Shown here: positions 11,381-23,813 of the stretch, piece after piece
How the letters are laid out: each line of letters starts with the position of its first letter
Numbering within the stretch: position 1 is the stretch's first letter
Source: the human T2T-CHM13v2.0 reference genome, Homo sapiens
NCBI RefSeq assembly: GCF_009914755.1
Contig: NC_060929.1
Reading direction: 5' to 3' (one strand)
Length of the DNA: 64,000 bases
Position numbers and translations under genes: made by a program
Notes under the pieces: model-generated
Database searches by the model: none
Seen by the model: only the letters and a program-made list of their open reading frames with translations
What the model was told of the DNA's origin: nothing

Positions 11381-11805
11381 GAATGGTTTCTGCCAGACAC
11401 CAGACTCACCTCACCCTGGTAGCATCCCATCTCAACACACCATGTGTATATCTTTCATCTTTTTGCTTCAGGGCCTTGTGCAATGCCTTGGGAACCGTTC
11501 AGCCTCACAACCCATGTGAGCCTTGGGTGAATGTCTCTAGAGACAACCTGCAACCCGTAAGAGACAGGAGCTGGTGGATACATTCCTCAGCCACCCATCC
11601 TGTAAGTGGACAGTTCCAGGAGGCATAAGCTTCTCAGAGGCCCCGGGGGTATTGTGTGGGAAATCTCAGTAACGCATACTCATATTGGCTTTTCATCCTT
11701 CCCTCTATCACTCCCCCTACTCCCTTGCTGCTGTTTCTGACAACTATTCCTTCACTCAAGTCCTTCACTCAGGTTCTGTTTTTCCAGGGAACCCAAATTA
11801 ATACA
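11381..11805 (+). mobile_element. LTR16-type (ERVL) LTR
   Basis: gagacaggagctggtggatacattcctcagcc...ctcaggttctgtttttccagggaacccaaattaataca, a typical LTR16 body and 3' end. Confidence 0.75.
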
Positions 11806-12204
11806 GTTGACTTGTTTTTAAGAATAAAGGTCACTAACAGAGGAAGTGGTGATTTTAGGAGGTATAATCCACAGGGTTTAGTGAGTGATTGGCTTGGAAG
11901 GGGAAAGGTGTGGGAAAGGAAGAACAAAATGCAGTGCCCCATCATCCATATCGATTATCATCCTACAGTATAGGCAGTTCCTAATCACCTATGCTCAGCT
12001 ATTCTGCACTCCTCATGTATAAAGGCTGACCAGCCCCGGGCAGGGTGCTAAAGAACGTAAGACCATTTACCTTCTAGGTACTGCTAGAGGTCTCCATACC
12101 CTCCATCCTCACCTTCCCAATTGCCATTGCAGAAATTCAAGGACCATCTTAAAAGTTCTGTATCCAGCTCTTTACTTGGCTTCTGAGAAGTTCTAGTGAT
12201 ACCA

Positions 12205-12325
12205 AGGGAAGAGAGAAGGGAAAGGAAAAAGACTGGGGGCAGGGTAGAGAGGAAAGCAAGAGGAGGAAAGAGAAAGAAAAGGGAAAAAAGTGGAGAAGAT
12301 CAGGATGGAGGGGAGAAGGGGAGTA
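12205..12325. repeat. GA-rich low-complexity (polypurine) tract
   Basis: aagggaagagagaagggaaaggaaaaag...aggaggaaagagaaagaaaagggaaaaaag. Confidence 0.7.
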
Positions 12326-15300
12326 AGCAGCTATGAGAACTTTTGTGCCCCTCAGCACTTCAGATCCTGTCATCCCCTGTGCTTTTCTGACCAGCCTCCT
12401 CACCCCTGAAAATGCACAACATGTTTCAAAGATTTTTCCTGCCAGTGAAGACAGGGGAATGTCAAGGATCAATCAGCTCCCTCCTGTGTTGGTTTAACTT
12501 TTCATTTTCATTTACATACTAGGGTCAAAAACAAAGTCAATGCCAGTATGATTTGATAAACTAGAACCTACGTTGACCTTATGTTGGAGGTAAGGGGAGA
12601 TTTGAAATAATAAATAATATAGTCAGAATTGGAACCATTGGGTGGGAAAGAAAAAGCCATTTAGAGATAGTCTAGTGACCCATGAAAACATCAAATGTTC
12701 CTTAGCACAATAATGCCAGGGGTTATTGGTTTTGAAATGGAAAAGGTCAAAGTCATGCCAACAAGAAAAATATGATTTATTCATATGGGACTAAACTGTG
12801 TGGACATCAAAAAAAATCAATGCTAGGCTTGGTAAGTTGAGCTGGATTCTTAGGAAAACTAGTAAGGAAGCTCTTGCTCATGAGAAAGCTAACCTGGAAC
12901 TGGGGTACCCTCAATGCAGAGGACAGGAGCCAACACCCCAACCCTGAGCAGTTAACGACCAAATGAAGAAGAGATGCCATTTGCATCCAACCAAAGCCTG
13001 AGGCTCTCAACTGTGCCAGACACAAAGGCAACTGAGGGGGATACAGCTGAAAGCTCTTCTGCTGTGTGGGGTGGGATAAAATTGCCCAGATGGGGTTGTT
13101 GGGGGCACCGGCCTTGGAAATTCCAAAGAGAAAGCTCTCTGGGAAGGAAGAATGACTTAGGGGAGAGAAACAGCATCCAAAGGCCATCTACAGGTCCTTC
13201 CATTACATGGTACAAAAGACGGATTAAGTTACTACCTCTCTTCCTCCCACAATTGTGCTGGGCTTTGGAGATCCGCACTGCTCTTCGAGAAAGGGCCATT
13301 CTATGCCTCTATCACAGCTTGAATTGTGTTGGTCTGGAAAGGCCTGGCAGATGCTCTGGTGGAGACAGTGCTGGAGGGCATCAGCCCCTCTTGTGCATTC
13401 CTAAGCCAGATCTCCAGTTCACAGCAGCAGTGGCAGGGCCTCCACTAGCCATTCTAGAGCCTTGGTGCAAACTAAAAAGCAGCACCTTGATTTTTATGGA
13501 CAGCTGAGCCAACAAAAACAGGTGTCTTTATTGGGTAAATAAGGCACCCTCCTTGTTCTACCAGACACGTGCCAAGGCACACAGCTTGGGGAGCACATTA
13601 CAGGCTAGATGTTAGCTTCTACTTGCTCCCTTTGTCCAGGGCCTTTATGCAAAGCACAGATAGCACAGCGTGGGGGCCCTGAGCAACGGAGGGATTCAGG
13701 TTACCACAGCATCCCCATCCTACACTCAAGCACAAGAGGAGAGAAAAAGGGAGCCTGCGGAGGCAGAGAAGGACCAGCCCGCAGCATCACCATTGCTCAG
13801 GGCCCTGACTGATATTCCGGATTGTACTCAAAGGGTACACATTTGAGTACACCTTTGAGCCTCACCTGCCTTTCAGAGAAACAAGCACAAGTACCAGGCA
13901 CACCACTGGAGAAGTTTAAGTGTGTGCTGGAGAAAATGGAGAGTGGACCCGAGAAGGCAGGACATGTAGAGGAAGTGAACTCATGAGGGAGGATGGAGCA
14001 GGGAGCATAGACGCCTGTGGAAAGGAGTCCCCTGTGGGGACCAAGGGGTGGCACATCAGGGTTCACCTTCACCTCACTCTGCTCTGCTTGTGCCCTTCCC
14101 AAAACCTGCTCTCATCTCAGCACAGGGGTGAGGTGGGAAACAAGGGAGAGGCCTGGGCTACTGTGGAAAAGCAAGTAAAATCCCAAGGGGTGGATAAAGA
14201 CAAAAATGATAATGTTTAATTAACAAAATATATATTTTTTCATTTTTAAAGAAATCCCAAGAGGTGGGAGCAGAAAGGGAAAGAGCTTCCCAGGGCCCTC
14301 AAGCTGGCTGAGACACAGAGCGGTAGGAATACTCCAGAGCCTAAGTCTGCAGGTCCCCATCACACGTTCCTCTCTTTTCTCTAGACATGTTGGGGTTAGG
14401 TGGACTTTTAGGAACCAGCTGGTGAACAACCACCATTCTAAACACTCTTTCTATTAAAAAAAAATCACTAACCTCAAATTTGATTCCTACTGCAGTTGTA
14501 AAAGCTTGGAGGAGAGGATTGAGCTGAATGTGCATACAGCCTGTGGCATTACCTGGGAAGTTTTAAAAATCAATTTCATGAGTACTCATCAACTCGTCAT
14601 TTTTCTCTCCTCCATAAAAGTAAAAACAAGCCAAAAAGAAGGGCAGTAACTTAAACTAGTAGAGTTCCGTGTAAAGATGAGTTTCCTCTACATATGCAAA
14701 TTTTAAGAATGCTGATAAGTTAGAAAATGACTAAGTTCTTTTTTTTTTTTTTTTTTGCTTTTCAAGGGGAAAATGGGATTCCTTTAGCTATTAGCTGAAA
14801 CATAGCTAAAATATATTTACAAAATTTAATATTTATAAATAATTTTTCAGGAATGTACTTTCTGAGCAAGGTACAAAAGCCAAGCGTTCCTGGGTGTAGC
14901 TCATCTGGAGGAACATTGATCACTTCCCGAGACAGCACAGAGGGAAGATTGCATCTGACTTCTGTGTTTAGATGACAGAGAACTTTCCCTTGACTTTTTT
15001 TTTTTTGACAAGTCTGGGCCAAAATGTGGAGAAGCTCATTGTGTGAGTCTGGATTACCTGACGATGAGCATTCCTCATAGTGTTTATCTGACAATTTGTA
15101 CCACACTTTTATATAACAGGATCTGTGCAAGGTGACAGATTACAAAGCAAGTAAGACCTACCCTCAAGAAACTACCATCTAATCAAGGAGTCAGCCTTTT
15201 AAAAATAATAATAATTACAGAGCCTCTCAGTAAGATCATTTCTAAAGGTACAAAATAGACCAGTACTGTATGAGTTGTCATGTTTTGGGCTACAAACAGG

Positions 15301-15369
15301 AGAAAACCTGACTGAGAAAGCCTTAAATGATAAAAATTTATTATTTTATCTAAAAGAAGTCCAGAGGTC

Positions 15370-15676
15370 GGCTAGGTGAGGTGGTTTATGCCTGTAATCC
15401 AAGCGTTTTGTGAGGCTGAGGCAAGAGGATGGCTTGATGCCAGGAGTTTTGAGACCAACCAGGGCAACATAGTGAGACCCCCAACTCTACAAGAAATGAA
15501 AACAATTAGCTGGATGCATGCCTGTAGTCCTGGCTACTCAAGAGGCAGAGATGGGAGGATTGCTTGAGTCCAGGAGTTGGAGGCTGCAGTGAGCTATGAC
15601 TGCACCTACAGTCTAGCCTGGGCAACAGAGCAAGACCCTGTCTCAAAAAAAAAAAAAAAAAAAAGAAGAAGAAAAA
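15370..15676 (+). mobile_element. AluJ SINE
   Basis: ggctaggtgaggtggtttatgcctgtaatcc...ggattgcttgagtccaggagttggaggctgcagtgagctatga...poly-A. Confidence 0.93.
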
Positions 15677-15753
15677 GAGGCAGCCCAAAGGTAGAAAGAT
15701 TTTAAGGTAGGCTAATTCAGTGACTCAACAACACATCAAAAATGTAGATTATT

Positions 15754-16058
<305 letters not shown>

Positions 16059-16754
16059 TTAGTTCTATTTTTCCACTAGACCATTCTCAAGCATGTTGAA
16101 TATTGTCTTCATGGTTGACTCTAATTGTCACAAGATTGCTGCCACAGCTCTGGACGTCACAGCCTCATGCAGCAGCAGAAAAAGAATGGTTTCTCTTAAC
16201 ATGCCTTTCTTTTAACAAGAGAGAAAAACTCTTCCAGAGTCCCCCAGCAAACTTCCCCTCAAGGTTCATTGGCCAGAACTGTATCTCAAGCCCATGCCTA
16301 ACTGAATTACTTAGAGGAGGAACTTTGATTCCCTGATAAACTTAAACCAATGATGAAGCATCACCTCTTAGAACTAAGACGGGATCATTCCCGGGGCACA
16401 AAGCTACAGATTTTATCAGGAAGGAAGTAGAAAAGAAAAAGGAGGAGGAGGAGGAGCAAGAAGCAGAAATTAGAATGGCTTTTGGGAAGACACTCAACAG
16501 GTATATACCACAAGTGGCCTAGAGGGCAGAGTAACCATTTCTCCCTGGAGGCATCAGAAAAAGCTTCCCAGAATAATGAAAATGAACACTATAGGCCAAG
16601 TATCAATGACAAACATAGGCACAACCCTGTGCCTCCACATAAAAGAACCAGTCCAACCAAATCCAGGCCCTCTTTTTCTTCATGGCTCAGTGAAGAACTG
16701 TATCTATGTCTCTTATCTCAAAGAAGCAGCTGGTGCTGTCAATCCCATCTAGGC

Positions 16755-16804
16755 TAATCCAACATTGACTGAGTAGCCTTAATCCATCATTGACTGAGTA
16801 GCCT
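16755..16804. repeat. 25-bp tandem duplication (1 mismatch)
   Basis: TAATCCAACATTGACTGAGTAGCCT followed by TAATCCATCATTGACTGAGTAGCCT. Confidence 0.9.
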
Positions 16805-17562
16805 TCTGCAGCTTGCAGCAATGGCCCCACCTCAAATTCTTCTACAGAGAGTGATGTTAAATTGTTTTCTTTTTAACATAGAGCTATTAATAATGACCCA
16901 TAAGGGTTTTTTTTAACCTTATACAAAATTCAATACTCTAATTGTTGAAAAAAGGCAATAAAGAAAAATAAAAAGGCCAAAAAACCCACAATGATATCAG
17001 AGTGAACATTTGGTGATGCTATCTTTGACCCTTCTTTAGAGAAACGTGAGCTCCTCGGAGGGCAAAATAACCCAGGGCTCCCTGAGCCTACTGAGTGCTG
17101 AGGAAGAGCCAATCAGAAAAAATAAATAAAATCCACACAAAGTCCTCATGCTGTTCCACTTGAATAGAAAATGATACAGAGATGAGAATAGAGAAAGCAC
17201 ATGGCAAAGCCTAGTAACCTCCAGCCCCACTAAACAGAAAATGCAGAGATTCACCACAGGGCAACTCCATATAGCCACTCTGGATGCCATTTTGCTAATT
17301 GTGTTTGCTATGACACCAAGCACCGCTTAGCTGGGCTCCCAGAGTGTCTCCATAATGCAATCACTTGCCAGGAGCGAGAGTGATTTTTATTTGATATCCA
17401 TACAAAGCAGAAGCAAATGAATTACCATAATGAGAAGCAACATAATGATGTGGAGATGTACAAACTGCCATTGTGTTTAATAACAACAAAGCCTTCCCTT
17501 TTGAATTAGATTTGCAGAAAGATTCTTATTGAAGCATCATTGTACTGAAACCAAGTTGTTTG

Positions 17563-17566
<4 letters not shown>

Positions 17567-17602
<36 letters not shown>
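17567..17602. repeat. (AC)18 microsatellite
   Basis: Perfect dinucleotide run. Confidence 0.97.
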
Positions 17603-17604
<2 letters not shown>

Positions 17605-18377
17605 GAAAGCATTTCAGCCCTATGATTACTGGAAAGGTTGTTAGGAGAATTTTTTTTCTTCAATTTTTATTCTCAGTAAAATCAACTTAGTTTTAGCACT
17701 ACCCAGCTGCAATTTGTGAAGTAAATGGCAAAGCTAAATGTGCCGAAACCCAACATGTTCCCTGAGCAACAAAGGGATTGAAGGCAAATGTTACAGTGTT
17801 ATTGACAACACTAGTAATGCTTGTATAAGCATCTGCTTCATAAAGGGGAGAAAAACCTACGTTATAAACAAAAGGAGTTTCCAAATGAGCCCTACCTCCT
17901 GAAATTCTGGCTTGAATTTGAATTTTCACTTCGTTTAGAACAAACTTCCTCTTTTTAACTTTTCCGTCCAAAATAAAAAATTCTCTGATTTACATTCTGG
18001 AAACTTCCCCATAACCAACTCCTCTATGTTTTCTTCTCTCTCTTAAATGATTGCCTATATTTTCTGGTATTTACCCTTTGTCCACCATTTGATTTCCAAC
18101 AATAGATGAAGACACCACTGAATAAACATGCCATTAATTTAAACCTGTTTCCATGATTATCATGAGCAACTTGTCGTCTTCTCAGACTGAGAGTCCACTG
18201 TGTGATTAGCATGTGTCTCACTCCCACCCAGTCCCACCCTAGGCCTTTCAATGTCACCATTTATATCTATTCAAATACAACATCCTGGTTTCACTGATGC
18301 ACAAACCCAGAGCCAAACTGTGGCCTGCATTAGATTGAACTACACTTGGGAAAAATCTGAAGTGGAAAATTAACAGA

Positions 18378-18527
18378 GCTAGAAGTCAGGAGCCTTAGGC
18401 CCTGGGTCCAACCCATCACTGTCTGTGATGGTAGGTCATAAATTTCTTTGTGTATGTCTTAGTTTTCCCAGCTGTAAAATAGGCGTAATATCTGCTCCAT
18501 CCATGGAAGTGTCTTGAGAATCACATC
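18378..18527 (+). mobile_element. MIR fragment
   Basis: ctagaagtcaggagcc...tcttagttttcccagctgtaaaatagg. Confidence 0.6.
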
Positions 18528-18850
18528 ATAGAGGTGGTCTCAAGAATCAAATCATATTCAAGTGTTTTTTCATCTGTTATTACTATGCTCATGAGAGAAA
18601 AGAAATCTTTTAGTAAACCCAAAATCATCCAGAGAATCATATCATTTCTAATGATCTATATTTTGGTTTTTGTCATTTTATCATCCAACAAATATTCATT
18701 GAGTTCCTGTTTGATCCAAGGTATAAGCCTCAGTTCTGTTGAAATATGTATATATCATGATGTCTGAAGGAGGCTATAAACAGAGAGAGAAGGAACACCC
18801 ATAGAAAAAAAACCAGCTAGAAATAGAGTCCACACCTAAATAACAAATGG

Positions 18851-19132
18851 GAGGCAGAATAACATAGTGATTTAAGGCGCAGGCCTTAATATCATACTTT
18901 CTGGGTCTAAATCCTAGTTCAGTCGTGCTAGGATGACATGAATAGCAATGTGAACATGAGCAAGTTACTTCACCTATTTATGCTTCAGTTTCCTCATCTG
19001 TAAAATGGCGATAATAATAGTATTTATCTAATAAGCTTGTTGTGGGGAGTAAATGTGTTAATATACTTTGTTCTGTCATTCTTAGAACAAACAATGCCTG
19101 GCACATACATAGGACATACTTAATGTTAGCTG
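18851..19132 (+). mobile_element. MIR SINE, near full length
   Basis: aggcagaataacatagtg...gcaagttacttcacct...cagtttcctcatctgtaaaatgg...tgcctggcacata...aatgttagct. Confidence 0.9.
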
Positions 19133-20701
19133 AAAATATAGAAAACACCTTGAGGTACAATAACTGAGAGGGAAAGAGAGCACTAAAGGTCAAGAGTGGC
19201 TCAGGATTCCTGATCTAGGATTTGAAGGTTAGAAAGTGGGGGAACTGTAACCAGTTTCTCCAGATGGGGTAGGAGCTTGTCTCTGTGTACCTCTTCATGG
19301 CCAAAAACTGGAGTGGGCAAAGAGGCCATATTTCAAAGCTGCCTGCAGATTTTCTGTTTCTCTAGAGACTGAGGTTTGAATTTACCTTTGAAAGCATATT
19401 GCCTTTTTTGGAGGGAAAAAAACACTTAATGAGCTTTTGGGTCCTACAAAGATGTCTGAATATATTATTACTGAAATTACGAAGTTCTTGACGATCAGCA
19501 GCTAAGCTGCCTTGCGCAATAATGCTGAGACCATCTAGTCAGGCTTGCATGAAATGCACAGGACTCTACCTATAGACAACTAGAGAGGAAGGGAGGGAGA
19601 AAGGGGGGCAGGGACAGAGTGAGAAACTACCTTAGTCAAAAAGTGTGGGCACTTAGGCCTCAGGAGAGGCTAGGAACTGAGATTCTGCTCTTCTCTCCTC
19701 AGCTTCCAGTCTCCATGCCTTAAACAGCATGAGCATCTCTCGGTGGCCACTGGAATTCTGAAGTGAAAATAAACTTTAGACCCAGGACAGCTACTTCATC
19801 TGATGTTCTGCTAAGGAAATGGGAATCTACTCCAGACTTGAAGGGTCAGCAGGTTTGGGTAGGCTTGCTGAGAAAGCTACATCCATCTGCAATGTAGCTC
19901 TCCTCCAAGTGGTTTCCAAGGTTAATTTCTTGCACAGATTTTGCCTTACACTTAGCACCTAATCCCCAGGAAAGATCTGGCTCCACTATATAAAGATATT
20001 TTTTATTGTGGGTAGAATTTGTCCGAGCATATTACATTTATGGAGGGAGAGGGGCCAGGGAGACTAGGCATGAGAGTAATAGAAGAAGCTTTCCTTGACC
20101 CCATCTTTTGGGAGCTCGTGGGCTGTAACCTGAACTCCAGATAGGGAAGAGACACTAAACTTCTGTCTTCAGGAGCGTAGGTACCAGGCCCCTGCAAAAA
20201 GGCTGCAGACTAGGAGCCAAGGAGAGAAACTGAATCAGGATTCTGTAGGAGACCTTGGCCTCTGGGCTCCAGAAAGATTCATATCTAGTATCCAAAGTTA
20301 AGAGGGAAGAGGAGAACTGTATTTTAATTTCTTCTGAGATCCTTTACTTTTCAGTGCAGTATTTGTTTTTAATCATGAGGTATTTTCTAGACTATATTTT
20401 GGGCCAAGCAGAAAAGGGGATGAGGAAGGGAACAGAGCAGTCACCTAGGAAAACCAAGGTCAAGAAGATGACAGTATTCATTAGGAAGAGAATAGTTGAC
20501 TGGGTCTGGCCCCAGTGCTATAACCCTTGGTTAGGAAGCTTTACATTAAAAATACTGTACTTTGGTTAGCACATGTCCTTTGCAAACACATGTTAAATGG
20601 AAGTCAGTATACATTATCCCTAAGCAGAGGAATGAGGACACCCCTCCCAGGGAAGGCAGGGCTGGGCCCTGAGAAAGGCTGTTCCCAGGGTTTGCTCTTA
20701 G

Positions 20702-21470
20702 CCCCCTATCCTCCCACTCTCCTGGGCAATCTTATCCTCTCATAGCTTCCAGTTCCATCAACATGATGGTGACTCAACTCTCCAGCTTTGAACCTCTCTC
20801 CAGAGCTGCATTGCTCTTTTAGTCTCTTGACTTGGAAGTTCCATAAATACCTCAATGCTCCTATTGATTCTGCTGCCTAAATCTCTCTCACACCCACTCC
20901 ACTTCTCTCCACCCCCACTTCCCTCTGCTAGCCAGGTCGCCATTTCTCTCTACAAGATTATCAGTTCCAAATTTGATCTTTTCCAATTCATCTTCCAAAC
21001 AATGGAGGAGTTGTTCATAAAGTAGAAGGTGCATCAGGTCACTGTCCCCTTCAATACTGTCCCATTTCCTAAAAGGTGAAGTCCACATGCCTTTAAAAGG
21101 CCTATGTGAACCCCTGTGACCTGATCCCTGCATGCACCTCCACTCTAAGGCCTTGCCATCCCCCTTCTCCTGCTCCCTACACCCTTCTCCACCACACACA
21201 CATACATTTCACTCCAATCAAACTGAACTTATCATGTTCATGTTCTCTCTCCCTCTAGCTTTTTACATATCCTGTTTCTTCTTCCTGGAAGATCCTAGGC
21301 AAAGCATCTGTTCACCCGGCTAACACTCCTCCTCGTTCCTCAGATGCCAGCTAAAACATCACTTCCACCAGGAAGCCTTCCAACACCACCCAGAGTCTGT
21401 CTTGTCATCAAGCAGCACACACGTGCATCCCCTTACTGCACTGATCACTCATTTTTGTAATGACATTTGA
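20702..21470 (+). mobile_element. L2 LINE fragment
   Basis: cctgggcaatcttatcctctcatagcttc...acctctctccagagct...catcacttccaccaggaagccttc. Confidence 0.75.
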
Positions 21471-22112
21471 TTCCTAGGAAAGAAGAACCAGTGACAGACA
21501 CTAAACAACAGACAGGACTTGAGGACGGATGGGATGACTGTAGAGAGAATTGTTGAACCTTCCCATTTCCTATTTTGTTTCCTTTTCCATCCCCCACACT
21601 ATTTCAGGGAAATCTGTCATTATTGCCTAACTCAGATTTCATGTCCATCAGAAGATAAGATCTACTTTATAAGCACTGTTCCTATCATGCCAGGCAATTG
21701 GCAAGAAGCTACAGAGAATGGAGCCTCTACTTGGTTTTTATTGCAGAACAGCACATTCCTGGAGACCATGTCATAAAGTGGATCATTGAAAAGCAAATTA
21801 CATTTTCCCATAGGAACAATGTTATAATTAGAGGTTGTATTCCTGAAAAAGGACTTGGCTTCATGTAAATAGTAGACATGAACAAAAATATTTCACAAAA
21901 GCAAAGATTCAGTAGCTATAAATCCATATAATTGTTTAAAATAATAAAATTTTCTCCAAGTATTATAAACCAGGCAGGATTAGAGGGGCATGTGTTGATT
22001 ATTGAGGGACTCCAATGTACCATAAAGTGTACATTAAAATACAACTATTGTGTCATAAATTAGAATCTGGAACTAACTTTAATATAGACATTACACACTT
22101 AATTAACAATGG

Positions 22113-22410
22113 GAAGGCAGTGCAGTACCATGGTTAAAATGCAGCCTTGGGTACCAGGAGATCAAAACTGCAGGTTTGCCTTCTAGACTAGTGAGCTCTG
22201 TGAGGGCAGAGGCTACACCTGCCCAGGGTAGGGACAATGCCTGCACACAGCATGGTTCAAAATAGTTTTTACAATGAACAGCCCAGGTTTGAGTTGCCAC
22301 TTTGGGCAAGTAAATCACCTTCTCTGGGTCTATGTCTCTTTGTTGGTAAAACAAAGAAGCTGAACTGTGAAGCCTCTGAGGTCCCTCCCAATTCCAAAAT
22401 TCTAAGACTG
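22113..22410 (+). mobile_element. MIR/MIR3 with an embedded L2 3' tail (~22180-22278)
   Basis: aggcagtgcagtaccatggttaa; ctagactagtgagctctgtgagggcag...; ttgggcaagtaaatcaccttctctgggtct...tgaggtccctcccaattc. Confidence 0.6.
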
Positions 22411-22445
22411 CCATTTTGTTGTCTTGGAATTCAGAAGTTCCTGGA

Positions 22446-22954
22446 TGTGGTTAACTGTCACTTTGGGGAAACTCAGTGAATAAAGCCTCCAGTATTCACA
22501 TCCTTGTTCAGTCCCCACAAACATTCTGGGCTTTACCATGTGAATGGATTTAGCTAATAGGACTTTACCAAGCAAGATAAAGTAGAGGCTTAAAAAGTAC
22601 TTGCACACTAGGGCTTGTTCCCGTGGAGCACTCTCAGCCCCAGGTGCCATTCTGTGAGAAGGCCAAGCCTCATGGGAAGGCCAAAGGGAGGAGAACCAAG
22701 GCATTCTTGTGAACAGCCCCAGCTAAGCTCCCAACCTACTGCCAGCACCAACTGAGAGTCATATGAGTAAGGATTTTAGACATTGTAAACCAGGTGAGCC
22801 TTTAGATGACAGCAGCCCCAGCTGACACCATGTGGAGTAGAAGAACCTCCCAACTGAGCCTAGTCAGCCAATAGGTAATGAAAGGTAATAAAATAACTGT
22901 TTAAAAGCACTACATCTGGGGTGGTTCATTGTGCAGCAGTAACTAACTGAAACA
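22446..22954 (+). mobile_element. MLT1G/H-type MaLR LTR
   Basis: TG start; agaggcttaaaaagtacttgcacac...cagccccagctgacaccatgtggag...gcagcagtaactaactgaaaca end. Confidence 0.85.
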
Positions 22955-23477
22955 CTTAAATGACTTAAATGGTTTTCGACTTTTGCAAAAAAATGAACTT
23001 TCCAAGGAATACTGAATAAAGTCTGTTTTTCTCTGTGTTAATTTTCCTATACCGAGAAATATTTAAAATATTTTAACTATCTTTAAATAGACTCAAAATT
23101 CTGTAGTAGTGTTCAATAAATATTTGTAGAAGATAAAGATGTTTCCTCTTCCTGAAAAATATTTTTCCTCTTTACCTTCTCTTGAGAAAGTAGAGTTGTT
23201 CAAATGCACAATCAAATAAAGGTCACAAGGAAATAATATGTGCTATTCAGTCATTCTACTTGACACTTTGTCGACAGCTCTCAGAACATTCCCTCACTAC
23301 TGATAATCCACAAAAGCAATTATCAAGCAAAGCAAAGACTTTAAAATAAGAGTGTAACAGAGTATCTGGTAAGGCAGAATTTTGTTTTTTCCTGATAAAG
23401 AAATTGTTGACATTCAGAGCTAGGGAGAAGTAGGCAAATGTGTATGATACTATGGGCTTTCTTAAATAAAAGGGAGG

Positions 23478-23813
23478 CGTCTTGGTACTTTGGGGCTGCT
23501 AAAACAAAACACCAAAGCCTGGGTGGCTTATAAACAATAGAAATTTATTTCTCACAGTTATGGAGGCTGGGAAGTCCAAGATCAAGGCATTGGCAGATTT
23601 GGTATCTGGTGACGGCCTATTTCTCACATGGTGAAAGGGGCAAGGCAGCTCTCTGGGGCCTCTTTTATAAGGGGACGAATCCCATCCATGAGGGTTTTAC
23701 CCTCCTGACCTCATCACCTCCCAAAGGGCCCCACCTTCTAAGACCTTCACTTTGTGGGTTAAAATGTCAACATATTAATGTTAGCAGGAGACATAAACAT
23801 CCAGACCATAGCA
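23478..23813 (-). mobile_element. MLT1A-type MaLR LTR
   Basis: ggcttataaacaatagaaatttatttctcacag...gggaagtccaagatcaagg...acatccagaccatagca; TSD GGAGG/GGATG. Confidence 0.9.

Noticed and set aside
10749-11519. Repetitive ORFs (SPHCGGQSPLWWSVPTVVV) as a repeat protein
   Set aside because: A stop-poor 19-bp unit gives the same peptide in all three frames; this is a VNTR artefact
13430-13600. Possible hAT/Tip100-like MITE
   Set aside because: Only vague similarity; I could not define terminal repeats or a TSD
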